Shown: piece by piece, positions 29,294-37,029 of the stretch
How positions within the stretch are numbered: the stretch's first letter is position 1
Layout: the number at the start of each line of letters is the position of its first letter
Assembly: GCA_964637735.1 (NCBI GenBank)
Contig: CAZWXJ010000002.1
Location: 288-40,733 of the forward strand
Source of the DNA: an uncultured Oscillospiraceae bacterium
Lineage (GTDB): Bacteria > Bacillota > Clostridia > Oscillospirales > Ruminococcaceae
Reading direction: 5' to 3'
DNA: 40,446 nucleotides
The notes under the pieces: model-generated
What the model was told of the DNA's origin: nothing
What the model saw: only the letters and a program-made list of their open reading frames with translations
Database searches by the model: none
Made by a program: the position numbers and the translations under genes

Positions 29294-29301
29294 ATTGTTT
29301 G
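29269..29301. promoter_or_regulatory. Perfect 33-bp palindrome (probable operator) spanning the spacer, -10 and start site of the padR promoter
   Basis: caaacaatattatacg-A-cgtataatattgtttg. I checked every position 29269-29284 by hand as complementary to 29301-29286, around the centre at 29285. Confidence 0.7.
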
Positions 29302-29316
29302 AAACGAGGTGACAGT

Positions 29317-29631
29317 ATGCCCTTTCCTATTGGAGCAAGTTTATTAGATGCTATGGTATTAGCTGTTGTTTGCCGTGAAGACACATACGGTTATAAAATT
29401 ACACAAGAAATACGAGAGGCCGTAGAGATATCTGAGTCTACGCTATACCCTGTTTTAAGAAGGTTGCAAAAAGACAATTTACTTGAAACCTATGATATGG
29501 AGTATATGGGAAGAAATAGGCGATATTACAAAGCAACGCCTGTTGGTAAAGTGCAATTGGCAAATTTTTTAAATGAGTGGGTTGACCATAAAAAAATGGT
29601 TGATAAAGTTCTTTTGGGAGGAAATAAATGA
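29317..29631 (+). CDS. PadR-family winged-helix transcriptional regulator (short subtype)
   Basis: About 104 aa. The sequence LLDAMVLAVVCREDTYGYKITQEI...SESTLYPVLRRLQKDNLLETY...GRNRRYYKATPVGK is the canonical PadR wHTH. The ATG at 29317 follows GAGGTG; the ORF-track TTG at 29299 lies inside the operator. Confidence 0.85.
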   Translation: MPFPIGASLLDAMVLAVVCREDTYGYKITQEIREAVEISESTLYPVLRRLQKDNLLETYDMEYMGRNRRYYKATPVGKVQLANFLNEWVDHKKMVDKVLLGGNK

Positions 29632-30239
29632 CAAAAATAGAATTTCTAGATGAACTACGTGTAAGGCTTGCGGGGCTTACAACTGACGAAAGAGAAGCTG
29701 CATTAAACTTTTATGAAGAACTTTTTGAAGAAAGAGGATCTGACAAAGAGAGCGAGTTGCTTCATGAGCTTGGGTCTCCTGAAGAAATAGCGGAAAAGGT
29801 TATAGATGGGCTAAGCGGCAATTTTGTGCCAGATGTTGTAAGCAAAAGAGCTCCTAAAAAACCTCCATTATGGCTTTGGATTTTAGCAATTATTGTTGCC
29901 TTCCCTGCTATCATTACGGTTTTTGCTACAACTGGCTCGGTGCTTATTACCATAATTGCAGTATTTTTTGGTGTACTGTTTGCACTAGTTGCAGCAGTTG
30001 TTGCATTATTCATTAGTAGCCTTGCTCTGGTGTATATCGGCATCACGACTCTTGCTATATCTGCCATACAAGCACTTTTATACTTTGGTGGTGCTTTCAT
30101 TACAATGGGGCTTACGCTTCTCTTGTTTACACCAGCTATTTTGTTTACAAGCGGCGTTATAAAATGGGGGTCCAAGCTAATAAGAAATTTAGTTAATCAA
30201 CTTACAGGAAGGAGACCATTAAATGAAAAAGCTTCTTAA
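29628..30239 (+). CDS. DUF1700-type membrane protein (cytoplasmic helical N-domain plus multi-TM C-terminus)
   Basis: 203 aa. The N-terminus (MTKIEFLDELRVRLAGLTTDEREAALNFYEELFEE...GSPEEIAEKV) is the DUF1700 signature I recognise. About 110 hydrophobic residues follow (3-4 TM helices). Its start overlaps the padR stop (ATGA). Confidence 0.72.
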   Translation: MTKIEFLDELRVRLAGLTTDEREAALNFYEELFEERGSDKESELLHELGSPEEIAEKVIDGLSGNFVPDVVSKRAPKKPPLWLWILAIIVAFPAIITVFATTGSVLITIIAVFFGVLFALVAAVVALFISSLALVYIGITTLAISAIQALLYFGGAFITMGLTLLLFTPAILFTSGVIKWGSKLIRNLVNQLTGRRPLNEKAS

Positions 30240-31005
30240 ACCTTTTACCATTCTTGGCTCTATCATTCTTGTTATTGGCATTGGGCTTTCAATTGCTGCT
30301 ATGCAAATGGGTGCAGATATAACAATTGCAAAACACAAAATAGGTACACCTAATAGTCTAAATACTTATTTTTCTGGAAGTGATTTAAGCCAGATTACAA
30401 AAATAGACATAGAAATAAACTTTGCGTCTATTATTATAAAAGAAGGAGATACCTTCGACTTAGAATATACTGGCTTTGTGCATACAGATTTATTATGTGA
30501 AGTAAACGGTTCTACATTAATTATTGAAGATTCTGATCGATTTTCTTTTTCTGATATATTTTCTTCATCTGACTTCCCTACTATTGTTTTAACAATTCCT
30601 TATAACTATGAATTTGATACTGTTTCGATAAAGTTAGATGCTGGTGAATTGACTATTAATGCTCTTTCAACTCAAAAATTTGAATTTGATAATGGAGCGG
30701 GAAAAGCTACAATAAAAAACCTATCTGCAAATAAATCAGTTTTTGAAGGTGGTATAGGTGAAATATATGTCTCTGGAACAGTTTTGAATTTAAAATATAA
30801 TGGTGGTGTGGGCAAATTTACTTTTGACGGTTATGGAACCCCTTCAGACTACACATATAAAATAAGTAGTGGTGTTGGTGATGTTTCTATAAATGGAGAA
30901 AATTATGGAGGGCTAGGAAATAACATCAAAATTGGTGATGGAAAAAACACAATTGACATAAAAACAGGTGTTGGTTCTGTAAATATCAACATAGTTGATG
31001 TGTAA
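30223..31005 (+). CDS. DUF4097/LiaG-like (Toastrack-type) beta-repeat protein with an N-terminal membrane anchor
   Basis: 260 aa with TM anchor FTILGSIILVIGIGLSIAAM. Short repeats recur: GAGKATIKN, GIGEIYVSG, GVGKFTFDG, GVGDVSING, GVGSVNINI. RBS GGAAGGAGA is present. It overlaps the upstream gene by 17 nt. Confidence 0.68.
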   Translation: MKKLLKPFTILGSIILVIGIGLSIAAMQMGADITIAKHKIGTPNSLNTYFSGSDLSQITKIDIEINFASIIIKEGDTFDLEYTGFVHTDLLCEVNGSTLIIEDSDRFSFSDIFSSSDFPTIVLTIPYNYEFDTVSIKLDAGELTINALSTQKFEFDNGAGKATIKNLSANKSVFEGGIGEIYVSGTVLNLKYNGGVGKFTFDGYGTPSDYTYKISSGVGDVSINGENYGGLGNNIKIGDGKNTIDIKTGVGSVNINIVDV

Positions 31006-31043
31006 AACTATATTATATAAAAACAAAAAAAGGAGAAATAAAA

Positions 31044-31232
31044 ATGGAAAAAAAGTTATACCGTAATTTAGATGACAAAATTCTGTGTGGTGTATGTAGC
31101 GGAGTTGCAGATTATTTTAACTTAGACCCAACCGTTGTACGCCTTGCCTGGATTATATTCACAGCAATTGGCTTTTCTGGTGGGTTTGCTTATATAATTG
31201 CAGCAATATTAATACCTGCACAGCCTTATTAG
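31044..31232 (+). CDS. PspC-domain membrane protein
   Basis: 62 aa. LYRNLDDKILCGVCSGVADYFNLDPTVVRLAWIIF followed by one TM helix matches the PspC domain. RBS AAGGAGA lies 8 nt upstream. Confidence 0.8.
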   Translation: MEKKLYRNLDDKILCGVCSGVADYFNLDPTVVRLAWIIFTAIGFSGGFAYIIAAILIPAQPY

Positions 31233-31260
31233 CGCATATTTATCTCACACATAAGTAAAC

Positions 31261-31290
31261 AAAAAGCATCGACTTCTGCCGATGCTTTTT
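31261..31290. terminator. Bidirectional intrinsic terminator between the PspC gene and the convergent ABC permease gene
   Basis: aaaaagcatcg-acttctgc-cgatgcttttt has 11-bp perfect arms and an 8-nt loop, flanked by A and T runs. Confidence 0.7.
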
Positions 31291-31299
31291 GTTATAATA

Positions 31300-32130
31300 T
31301 TATTCTAAGTTTAGCTTCTTTGTTAAAATATAATTTGTAATGAAATAATACACAACGGTCATCAATAAAGCGCAAAATATCATAAATATAAAAACCAAAT
31401 GTACTCCAGTATACTCATCAATACTCATAAGCCAGTCATAAAAAAATTCAGACCTAAAAAGTGAAGTGATTATCATAACATATACAAACAAGTTAGCTGT
31501 TGAAAGCCCAATATAAGCACCAACCGCAGCGCCACTTCTATGCTTTTTTGCAAGCTGCCCCAAAGAGATTGATGCATAAAACATTAAAATAGAAGCCATA
31601 GAACCAAATAAGATAATTAAAATCCATTCAAAAACATACCCAGTGAAATGTGCACCAATTCCTAGCCTTTTTATATTTTCAAATAACCATTGCAATTCTT
31701 GGTATATTTCTTTGAAAAAGTATTTGTCAGCATTTAAAATAATAAAAGATAAAATTGTTGCAAGACTACTTGCAAAAGACCATATAATACCAACAAATAA
31801 TTTAGAAAAAATCAATTGATGTGTTTTCACAGGTAACGTAAACATCAAATATCCTTCATCAGAAAGAAGATTTTTGCTAAACCGCTGTACAATAACCACA
31901 ATTGTTAATACAGATGTTGCCATAACAAGCAACCCATATAAAAATTGTATTGTACCGTAAGATACTTCAACAGTAGTAGGTAAATTGTAATAATAAGAGT
32001 CTTCATATGCTTTCATTACAAATTCAGAGAAAATTCTACTAACAATTGCTACAGCTGTTAATGCACCATATAAAGGTAAAAATAAACGACCAGTAGACTT
32101 CAGTTCATATTTCATCAATTTCCCTAACAT
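31300..32130 (-). CDS. Polytopic membrane protein, putative permease partner of the adjacent ABC ATPase
   Basis: 276 aa with about 6 hydrophobic segments. It overlaps the ATPase gene by 7 nt. I recognise no specific motif; the call rests on context and topology. Confidence 0.55.
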   Translation of the reverse strand: MLGKLMKYELKSTGRLFLPLYGALTAVAIVSRIFSEFVMKAYEDSYYYNLPTTVEVSYGTIQFLYGLLVMATSVLTIVVIVQRFSKNLLSDEGYLMFTLPVKTHQLIFSKLFVGIIWSFASSLATILSFIILNADKYFFKEIYQELQWLFENIKRLGIGAHFTGYVFEWILIILFGSMASILMFYASISLGQLAKKHRSGAAVGAYIGLSTANLFVYVMIITSLFRSEFFYDWLMSIDEYTGVHLVFIFMIFCALLMTVVYYFITNYILTKKLNLE

Positions 32131-32816
32131 TTGAACACCTCCCGGAATAAAGCATCAACAGACATACCGTTTTGTGCACGAATATCATCAACTGATGAAA
32201 CTAAAGCAATATTTCCTTGGTTAATAAAAATAACATCATCTAACACACGTTCAATATCTGAAATTAAGTGTGTAGAAATAACTACAGTAGATGTAGCACT
32301 ATAATTTGTTAAAATCGTATTCAAAATATAATCTCTTGCCGCAGGATCAACGCCGCCAATAGGCTCATCAAGTAAATAAATATCAGCTTCACGGCTCATA
32401 ACCAATATTAACTGAACTTTTTCTTTGGTACCTTTTGACATCGTCTTTAGTCTGTCATTCGGGTTAATGTTCAACCTTGTCAGCATGTCATATGCCTTTT
32501 CTTGGTTGAAGTTTTCATAAAAATCACTAAAAAGCGCAATCAAGTCTGACACACGCATCCAGTCATTCAAGTAAGTGCGTTCAGGCAAATAAGCAACTAC
32601 TTTTTTACTCTCAATTCCAGGTGCATTTCCTTCAATCGTTAAAGTACCACTAGTCGGTGTTAAAAGCCCGTTTGCAACTTTCATAAATGTGCTTTTACCA
32701 CTACCGTTTGGCCCTAATAACCCTACAATTCGCCCAGCAGGTATTTGTAAGCTAATATTAGAGAGTGCCACTTTACCAGGGAATGTTTTTGTTAAGTTTG
32801 TACATTCAAGTAACAT
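32124..32816 (-). CDS. ABC transporter ATP-binding protein
   Basis: 230 aa with Walker A GPNGSGKST, degenerate signature MSKGTKEKV, Walker B IYLLDEP and an H-loop ISTH. Confidence 0.9.
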   Translation of the reverse strand: MLLECTNLTKTFPGKVALSNISLQIPAGRIVGLLGPNGSGKSTFMKVANGLLTPTSGTLTIEGNAPGIESKKVVAYLPERTYLNDWMRVSDLIALFSDFYENFNQEKAYDMLTRLNINPNDRLKTMSKGTKEKVQLILVMSREADIYLLDEPIGGVDPAARDYILNTILTNYSATSTVVISTHLISDIERVLDDVIFINQGNIALVSSVDDIRAQNGMSVDALFREVFKC

Positions 32817-32820
32817 ATAT

Positions 32821-33201
32821 TTAGCTTTCCTCCTCTACAGGGTTATTAATCGTTTCAATCGCCTCTTTTAAAGCTTCTTTCTCACTCAACCCCAATTTTT
32901 TCATGGCAGACAAAAATTCTTTTATATGCTTTGAAGCAATTTGCTTTTTTATATTAGAAATTGTTTCAATATTATCAGTAACGTACCGCCCAGCAGTCCT
33001 CTGCGTATAAAGCAACCCACTTTGCTCTAAATCAGTAAGGGCGCGTTGCATGGTATTCGGGTTCACCCCCGCTTCCGCAGCCAAATCTCTAACAGAAGGC
33101 ATCTTTTCTCCAGGTTTAAACTCCTCGGAAATAATAGCCAGTTCAATATGTTCAACAAGCTGTGTATATATCGGCCTATCTTCTTTAAATTGCCATATCA
33201 C
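32821..33201 (-). CDS. GntR-family transcriptional regulator, short YtrA subtype
   Basis: 126 aa. The sequence IYTQLVEHIELAIISEEFKPGEKMPSVRDLAAEAGVNPNTMQRALTDLEQSGLLYTQRTAGRYV is the GntR wHTH. A short helical tail follows with no effector domain. The GTG start lies 8 nt after AGAGGTG. Confidence 0.85.
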   Translation of the reverse strand: MIWQFKEDRPIYTQLVEHIELAIISEEFKPGEKMPSVRDLAAEAGVNPNTMQRALTDLEQSGLLYTQRTAGRYVTDNIETISNIKKQIASKHIKEFLSAMKKLGLSEKEALKEAIETINNPVEEES

Positions 33202-33217
33202 GTATATTTCACCTCTT

Positions 33218-33267
33218 TTGTATTATATGATTAATACAATAATATGCCATCAAATAATATTTGTCAA
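33218..33267 (-). promoter_or_regulatory. Promoter plus inverted-repeat operator of the gntR-ABC operon
   Basis: The minus strand reads TTGACA (33262-33267), a 17-nt spacer, then TATTAT (33239-33244). Directly downstream is the 8-bp perfect inverted repeat ttgtatta-N6-taatacaa (33218-33239), which fits the general GntR GT..AC operator pattern. Confidence 0.55.
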
Positions 33268-33279
33268 GATATTTATAAC

Positions 33280-33308
33280 TTGCGAACATGAAAAGTATAT
33301 GTTATATA
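33280..33308 (+). promoter_or_regulatory. Putative promoter of the nim-like gene
   Basis: TTGCGA, a 17-nt spacer, then TATATA with an upstream TG (TGTTATATA). It sits back-to-back with the gntR promoter. Confidence 0.4.
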
Positions 33309-33349
33309 TAACTTGAGCTGTATATAATAATATATAAAGGAGTAAGAAA

Positions 33350-33823
33350 ATGCAACATCGTATGAAAGAAAACCCATTGAATAATAATGAAATAACCACA
33401 CTGCTTGAAAAAACACACGTAGGTACATTGTCTACTTTAAATGCTGATGGTGCACCTTACGCTATACCTGTGCACTTTGTTTACATGAATGATGCGGTTT
33501 ATATGCATGGTTTGCCAGCAGGCCAGAAAATTGACAATATTAAAAAAGACAACCGTGTTTGCTTTGAAGCACATGAAATGAGCGGCTATATTACCGCTGA
33601 TGTTGACATGGCATGCGACGTTAATACAGAGTACCAAAGTGTTATTATGCTTGGTACTGCCATTATTTTGCAAGATATTGCTGAAAAGGAAGTTGCACTA
33701 AATGAAATTGTAAATAAATATACACCTAGTTTTTCAGGTAAAAAGCTTCCTGAAAACATGATAACTGGTACAGCTGTCATTAAAATTACACCTACCCAAA
33801 CAACAGGAAAATTTTATAAATAG
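33350..33823 (+). CDS. Pyridoxamine 5'-phosphate oxidase-fold flavoprotein, Nim (5-nitroimidazole reductase-like) subfamily
   Basis: 157 aa. The layout matches my recollection of NimA-type proteins: a charged N-terminus, then HVGTLSTLNADGAPYAIPVHFVY..DAVYMHG...GQKIDNIKKDNRVCFE, then EYQSVIMLGTAIILQD..EKEVALNEIVNKYTP. RBS AAGGAG is present. Confidence 0.7.
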   Translation: MQHRMKENPLNNNEITTLLEKTHVGTLSTLNADGAPYAIPVHFVYMNDAVYMHGLPAGQKIDNIKKDNRVCFEAHEMSGYITADVDMACDVNTEYQSVIMLGTAIILQDIAEKEVALNEIVNKYTPSFSGKKLPENMITGTAVIKITPTQTTGKFYK

Positions 33824-33835
33824 TAAAGCAAATAT

Positions 33836-33875
33836 AAAAAACAGGCATGCTGAAATTTCGCATGCCTGTTTTTTT
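33836..33875. terminator. Bidirectional intrinsic terminator shared by the nim-like gene and mutS2
   Basis: aaaaaacaggcatgc-tgaaatttc-gcatgcctgtttttt has a 10-bp GC-rich perfect stem plus A/T extensions. The T-run overlaps the mutS2 stop codon. Confidence 0.75.
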
Positions 33876-36255
33876 ATTTTAACTCTACAACCGTAACACC
33901 ATCTTCCCCTTCGCCAAACTTGCCTAAACGAAAAGAAGCAACATTTTTATGTTTTCTTAAATGTTGGTGTATGCCTTTGCGTAAAGTTCCCGTTCCCTTT
34001 CCATGAATGATATAAACAGAACCCTGATTATTTAAAACAGCATTGTCAATAAACATGTCAACATCCATCAACGCTTCTTCCACATTTTTTCCAATTACAT
34101 TAATTTCAAAAGCAGTCGAACGCACTTCTTTAGTTGGCGTACTGTCTCCTTTTTTATGTATCGGCTTTTTCTTAGCAGGTTTTTCAAAACTGGTTGCCGC
34201 ATGTATGTCTTTCAAAAGCACTTTTGTTTTTACAGCACCCGTTAAAACTTCAACATACTCATTCGCATCAGGCGCCGCAGTTACAACACCTTGAATACCT
34301 GTGCTGTTCAAAACAACTTTATCGCCCGCCTTTACGCTTGTAAGTACAGGGTAAACCATATTATCAGGGTCTTTTCCATCAGAAATGCTTTTGTATAAGT
34401 TTTCAGATTCGTTTCTGGCAATTTGCCTTGCCAAATGCGCTTTTTGCTGTGCGGCCATATTTTCTTGTTTTTGTAGCACTTTTATTTCATCAAGCAACCT
34501 GTATGCTTCATTTTGTACATTGTCAGCTAGTTGTTTTGCTTTTGCACGTGCAGCGGCAAGTTCAGTTTCGCCTTGTTTTATTAACGCTTGTTTTTCATTC
34601 TCCGCTTTTTCTAACACTGACCCAGCAGCATTTTTAAGTTCTGCCACTTCTACTTCTTTCTCGGTTAATTCTCTTTTCAAATGGTCAAGCTGAATCAACA
34701 CATCCTCAAATTGCCTATTTTCAGCCGATAAGTTATTTTTTGCTTGCTCAATTACATTTTCTGGTACACCCAATTTTTCGCTAATTAAAAACGCATTTGA
34801 ACGCCCTGGTACGCCTACAATCAATTTATATGTTGGGCGCAGGGTTTGAATATCAAACTCGCAACTTGCGTTTTGCACACCCAGTGTGTCCAGTGCGTAA
34901 ATTTTCAGCTCTGCATAGTGGGTGGTTGCCATTATTTTACTGCCTTTTTGGCGTAATGTTTCTATAATGGCAAGTGCCAAAGCGGCGCCTTCCGCAGGGT
35001 CGGTACCAGCACCAAGTTCATCCATTAAAACAAGCGTTCTTTCATTTGCTTTTTGTAATATTTCAGTAATGTTTTTCATATGCCCTGAAAATGTAGAAAG
35101 GCTTTGTTCAATGCTTTGTTCGTCGCCAATATCTACCAAAATATCATCAAACACACAAACCGTACTATGTTCAGACGCTGGAATTAATAAACCGCAACAA
35201 GCCATAGCGCACAAAAGCCCTGCTGTTTTTAAAGTAACTGTTTTACCTCCTGTGTTTGGGCCGGTAATAATCAACGTGTCATAGTCATACCCAAGTGAAA
35301 TATCAACAGGCACCGCTTTTGTTTTATCAAGTAAAGGGTGTTTTGCCTGCTTCAATGAAAAACAAAAATCATCTTCTACCGTGGGGCAAAAGGCAGACAT
35401 GGATAGTGCCAGTTTTCCTTTTGCAAGCAACAAATCAATATCAAGCATAGTCTCGTAACTAACATTAAAAAAAGTTGCATTTTCTGCCACCAAATCAGTT
35501 AAATTTGCCAATATACGGTTTATTTCATCTTGTTCATTATTACGCAATTGCATAATTTTTGCATTTGCTTCCACAACAGAAGCCGGCTCTACAAACAAAG
35601 TAGATCCCGTCGCAGAAACATCATGTACAACACCATTCACTTCATTTTTAAATTCAGCTTTTACAGGTACAACAAATTTGTTGTTGCGCAAGGTAATAAC
35701 ACTCTCTTGCAAAAATTTCTGGTAATTTTGTGAACGAATCATGCTATCCAGTTTATCTCGAATAGAAGATTCTGTATTTCTAATTTTTTTACGAATGTCA
35801 AACAGTTCTGCGCTTGCTGTGTCTGCAATTTCTGTTTCAGATAATATGGCATCATAAATACTGTTTTCTAGTAAAATATTCTCAGATAATTGATGGAATT
35901 TATATTCCATTTGGTTGTCTTCTATTTCTGCACTATTAAACCAACTTTTCAAATATCTAAAGTTGCGAAAAGCAGATGCAATATGCAGTAACTCACCTGC
36001 AGACAAAGCGCCTCCTTTTACGGCACGATTCATAATATCTACTACACCTGCAACATTGCTATACCGTGGTGCAGAATATTTTTGTAAAAGGCTTGTCATA
36101 ACATTCGTTTCATAAAGCATTGTTTTTACTTCATCTGTTTCTGATGACGGGCGCAATAAAAGAGCCGTTTCTTTTGTTGCATCACAAACGACATACTCTT
36201 TTAATTGCATTAAAATTTTATCAAGTTCAATTGTTTTGCAGTCTTTTTCAGTCAT
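33874..36255 (-). CDS. mutS2: Endonuclease MutS2 (MutS-family ATPase with C-terminal Smr domain)
   Basis: 793 aa with Walker A GPNTGGKTVTLK, the DELGAGTDPAEG block, a long coiled-coil and an Smr domain (IIHGKGTGTLRKGIHQHL). Confidence 0.95.
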   Translation of the reverse strand: MTEKDCKTIELDKILMQLKEYVVCDATKETALLLRPSSETDEVKTMLYETNVMTSLLQKYSAPRYSNVAGVVDIMNRAVKGGALSAGELLHIASAFRNFRYLKSWFNSAEIEDNQMEYKFHQLSENILLENSIYDAILSETEIADTASAELFDIRKKIRNTESSIRDKLDSMIRSQNYQKFLQESVITLRNNKFVVPVKAEFKNEVNGVVHDVSATGSTLFVEPASVVEANAKIMQLRNNEQDEINRILANLTDLVAENATFFNVSYETMLDIDLLLAKGKLALSMSAFCPTVEDDFCFSLKQAKHPLLDKTKAVPVDISLGYDYDTLIITGPNTGGKTVTLKTAGLLCAMACCGLLIPASEHSTVCVFDDILVDIGDEQSIEQSLSTFSGHMKNITEILQKANERTLVLMDELGAGTDPAEGAALALAIIETLRQKGSKIMATTHYAELKIYALDTLGVQNASCEFDIQTLRPTYKLIVGVPGRSNAFLISEKLGVPENVIEQAKNNLSAENRQFEDVLIQLDHLKRELTEKEVEVAELKNAAGSVLEKAENEKQALIKQGETELAAARAKAKQLADNVQNEAYRLLDEIKVLQKQENMAAQQKAHLARQIARNESENLYKSISDGKDPDNMVYPVLTSVKAGDKVVLNSTGIQGVVTAAPDANEYVEVLTGAVKTKVLLKDIHAATSFEKPAKKKPIHKKGDSTPTKEVRSTAFEINVIGKNVEEALMDVDMFIDNAVLNNQGSVYIIHGKGTGTLRKGIHQHLRKHKNVASFRLGKFGEGEDGVTVVELK

Positions 36256-36264
36256 ACTTCCCTC

Positions 36265-37014
36265 TTATATATCATTTTGCAGTTGTGTTAAAAATTGATG
36301 TGTTTTCAATGGTTTGTCAAGGTGATACTGCGTATACGCATTTACAATATTGCTTAAATTTTCAAAGTTTTCTTTCCCAAGTGTAAAACTGTACATTTTA
36401 TTTGTTTCTGAAAACACAATGTGCCGCATGGCAGCAATGGTCGCAAGTGTCACATTAGGTTGAAAGCCTCTTTTGCCAGCACATTCACTGCAAAAAAGCT
36501 CTCCGTTTGGTATATCATAATAGAAAACTTTATCTTCAAATTTCAAACAATCTGCACAAGCAAGCAAGTTTGGCATATACCCTACAACACTTAATAATTT
36601 CAGTTCATAAACTGTTTTTATAAATGCGGCAGGTTGTTTAGCTTTACACAGTTTATCAAAAGCAAATAACAACAATTCTAACAATTCTTCTGATGAATTC
36701 GCATCAGTGGTAAAAACAGAGGTAAGTTCCGCTAAATATAGTGCCGTACTTAATGTTTCAATGTCGTTACGCAAGTCAAAAAAAACATTTTTGCTTTCTG
36801 CCTCATTTACAGAATACATGGTGCGCCCTTGAAACAAAACAAAGTCTGACCAGGACAAAAGCCCTGTAGCAGAAGCAAGTTTGTTTTTCATACGCAAACT
36901 ACTTTTTGCAGAAGCAGTCACTAGCCCTTTATCTCTTGTTAAAATCGTTAAAATTCTGTCAGATTCTTTTATTTTTACCTCTTTTAATACAATACCATCT
37001 GTTGCAATCAACAT
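36265..37014 (-). CDS. recO: DNA repair protein RecO
   Basis: 249 aa with an OB-fold N-terminus (GIVLKEVKIKESDRILTILTRDKG) and the zinc motif CADC...CSEC. Confidence 0.9.
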   Translation of the reverse strand: MLIATDGIVLKEVKIKESDRILTILTRDKGLVTASAKSSLRMKNKLASATGLLSWSDFVLFQGRTMYSVNEAESKNVFFDLRNDIETLSTALYLAELTSVFTTDANSSEELLELLLFAFDKLCKAKQPAAFIKTVYELKLLSVVGYMPNLLACADCLKFEDKVFYYDIPNGELFCSECAGKRGFQPNVTLATIAAMRHIVFSETNKMYSFTLGKENFENLSNIVNAYTQYHLDKPLKTHQFLTQLQNDI

Positions 37015-37029
37015 AGATACTCACCAATA

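Noticed and set aside
29762-30175. 137-aa minus-strand ORF opposite the DUF1700 membrane gene.
   Set aside because: It is antisense to a hydrophobic TM-rich region, which generically yields open antisense frames. It has no RBS and no operon logic on the minus strand at this position.
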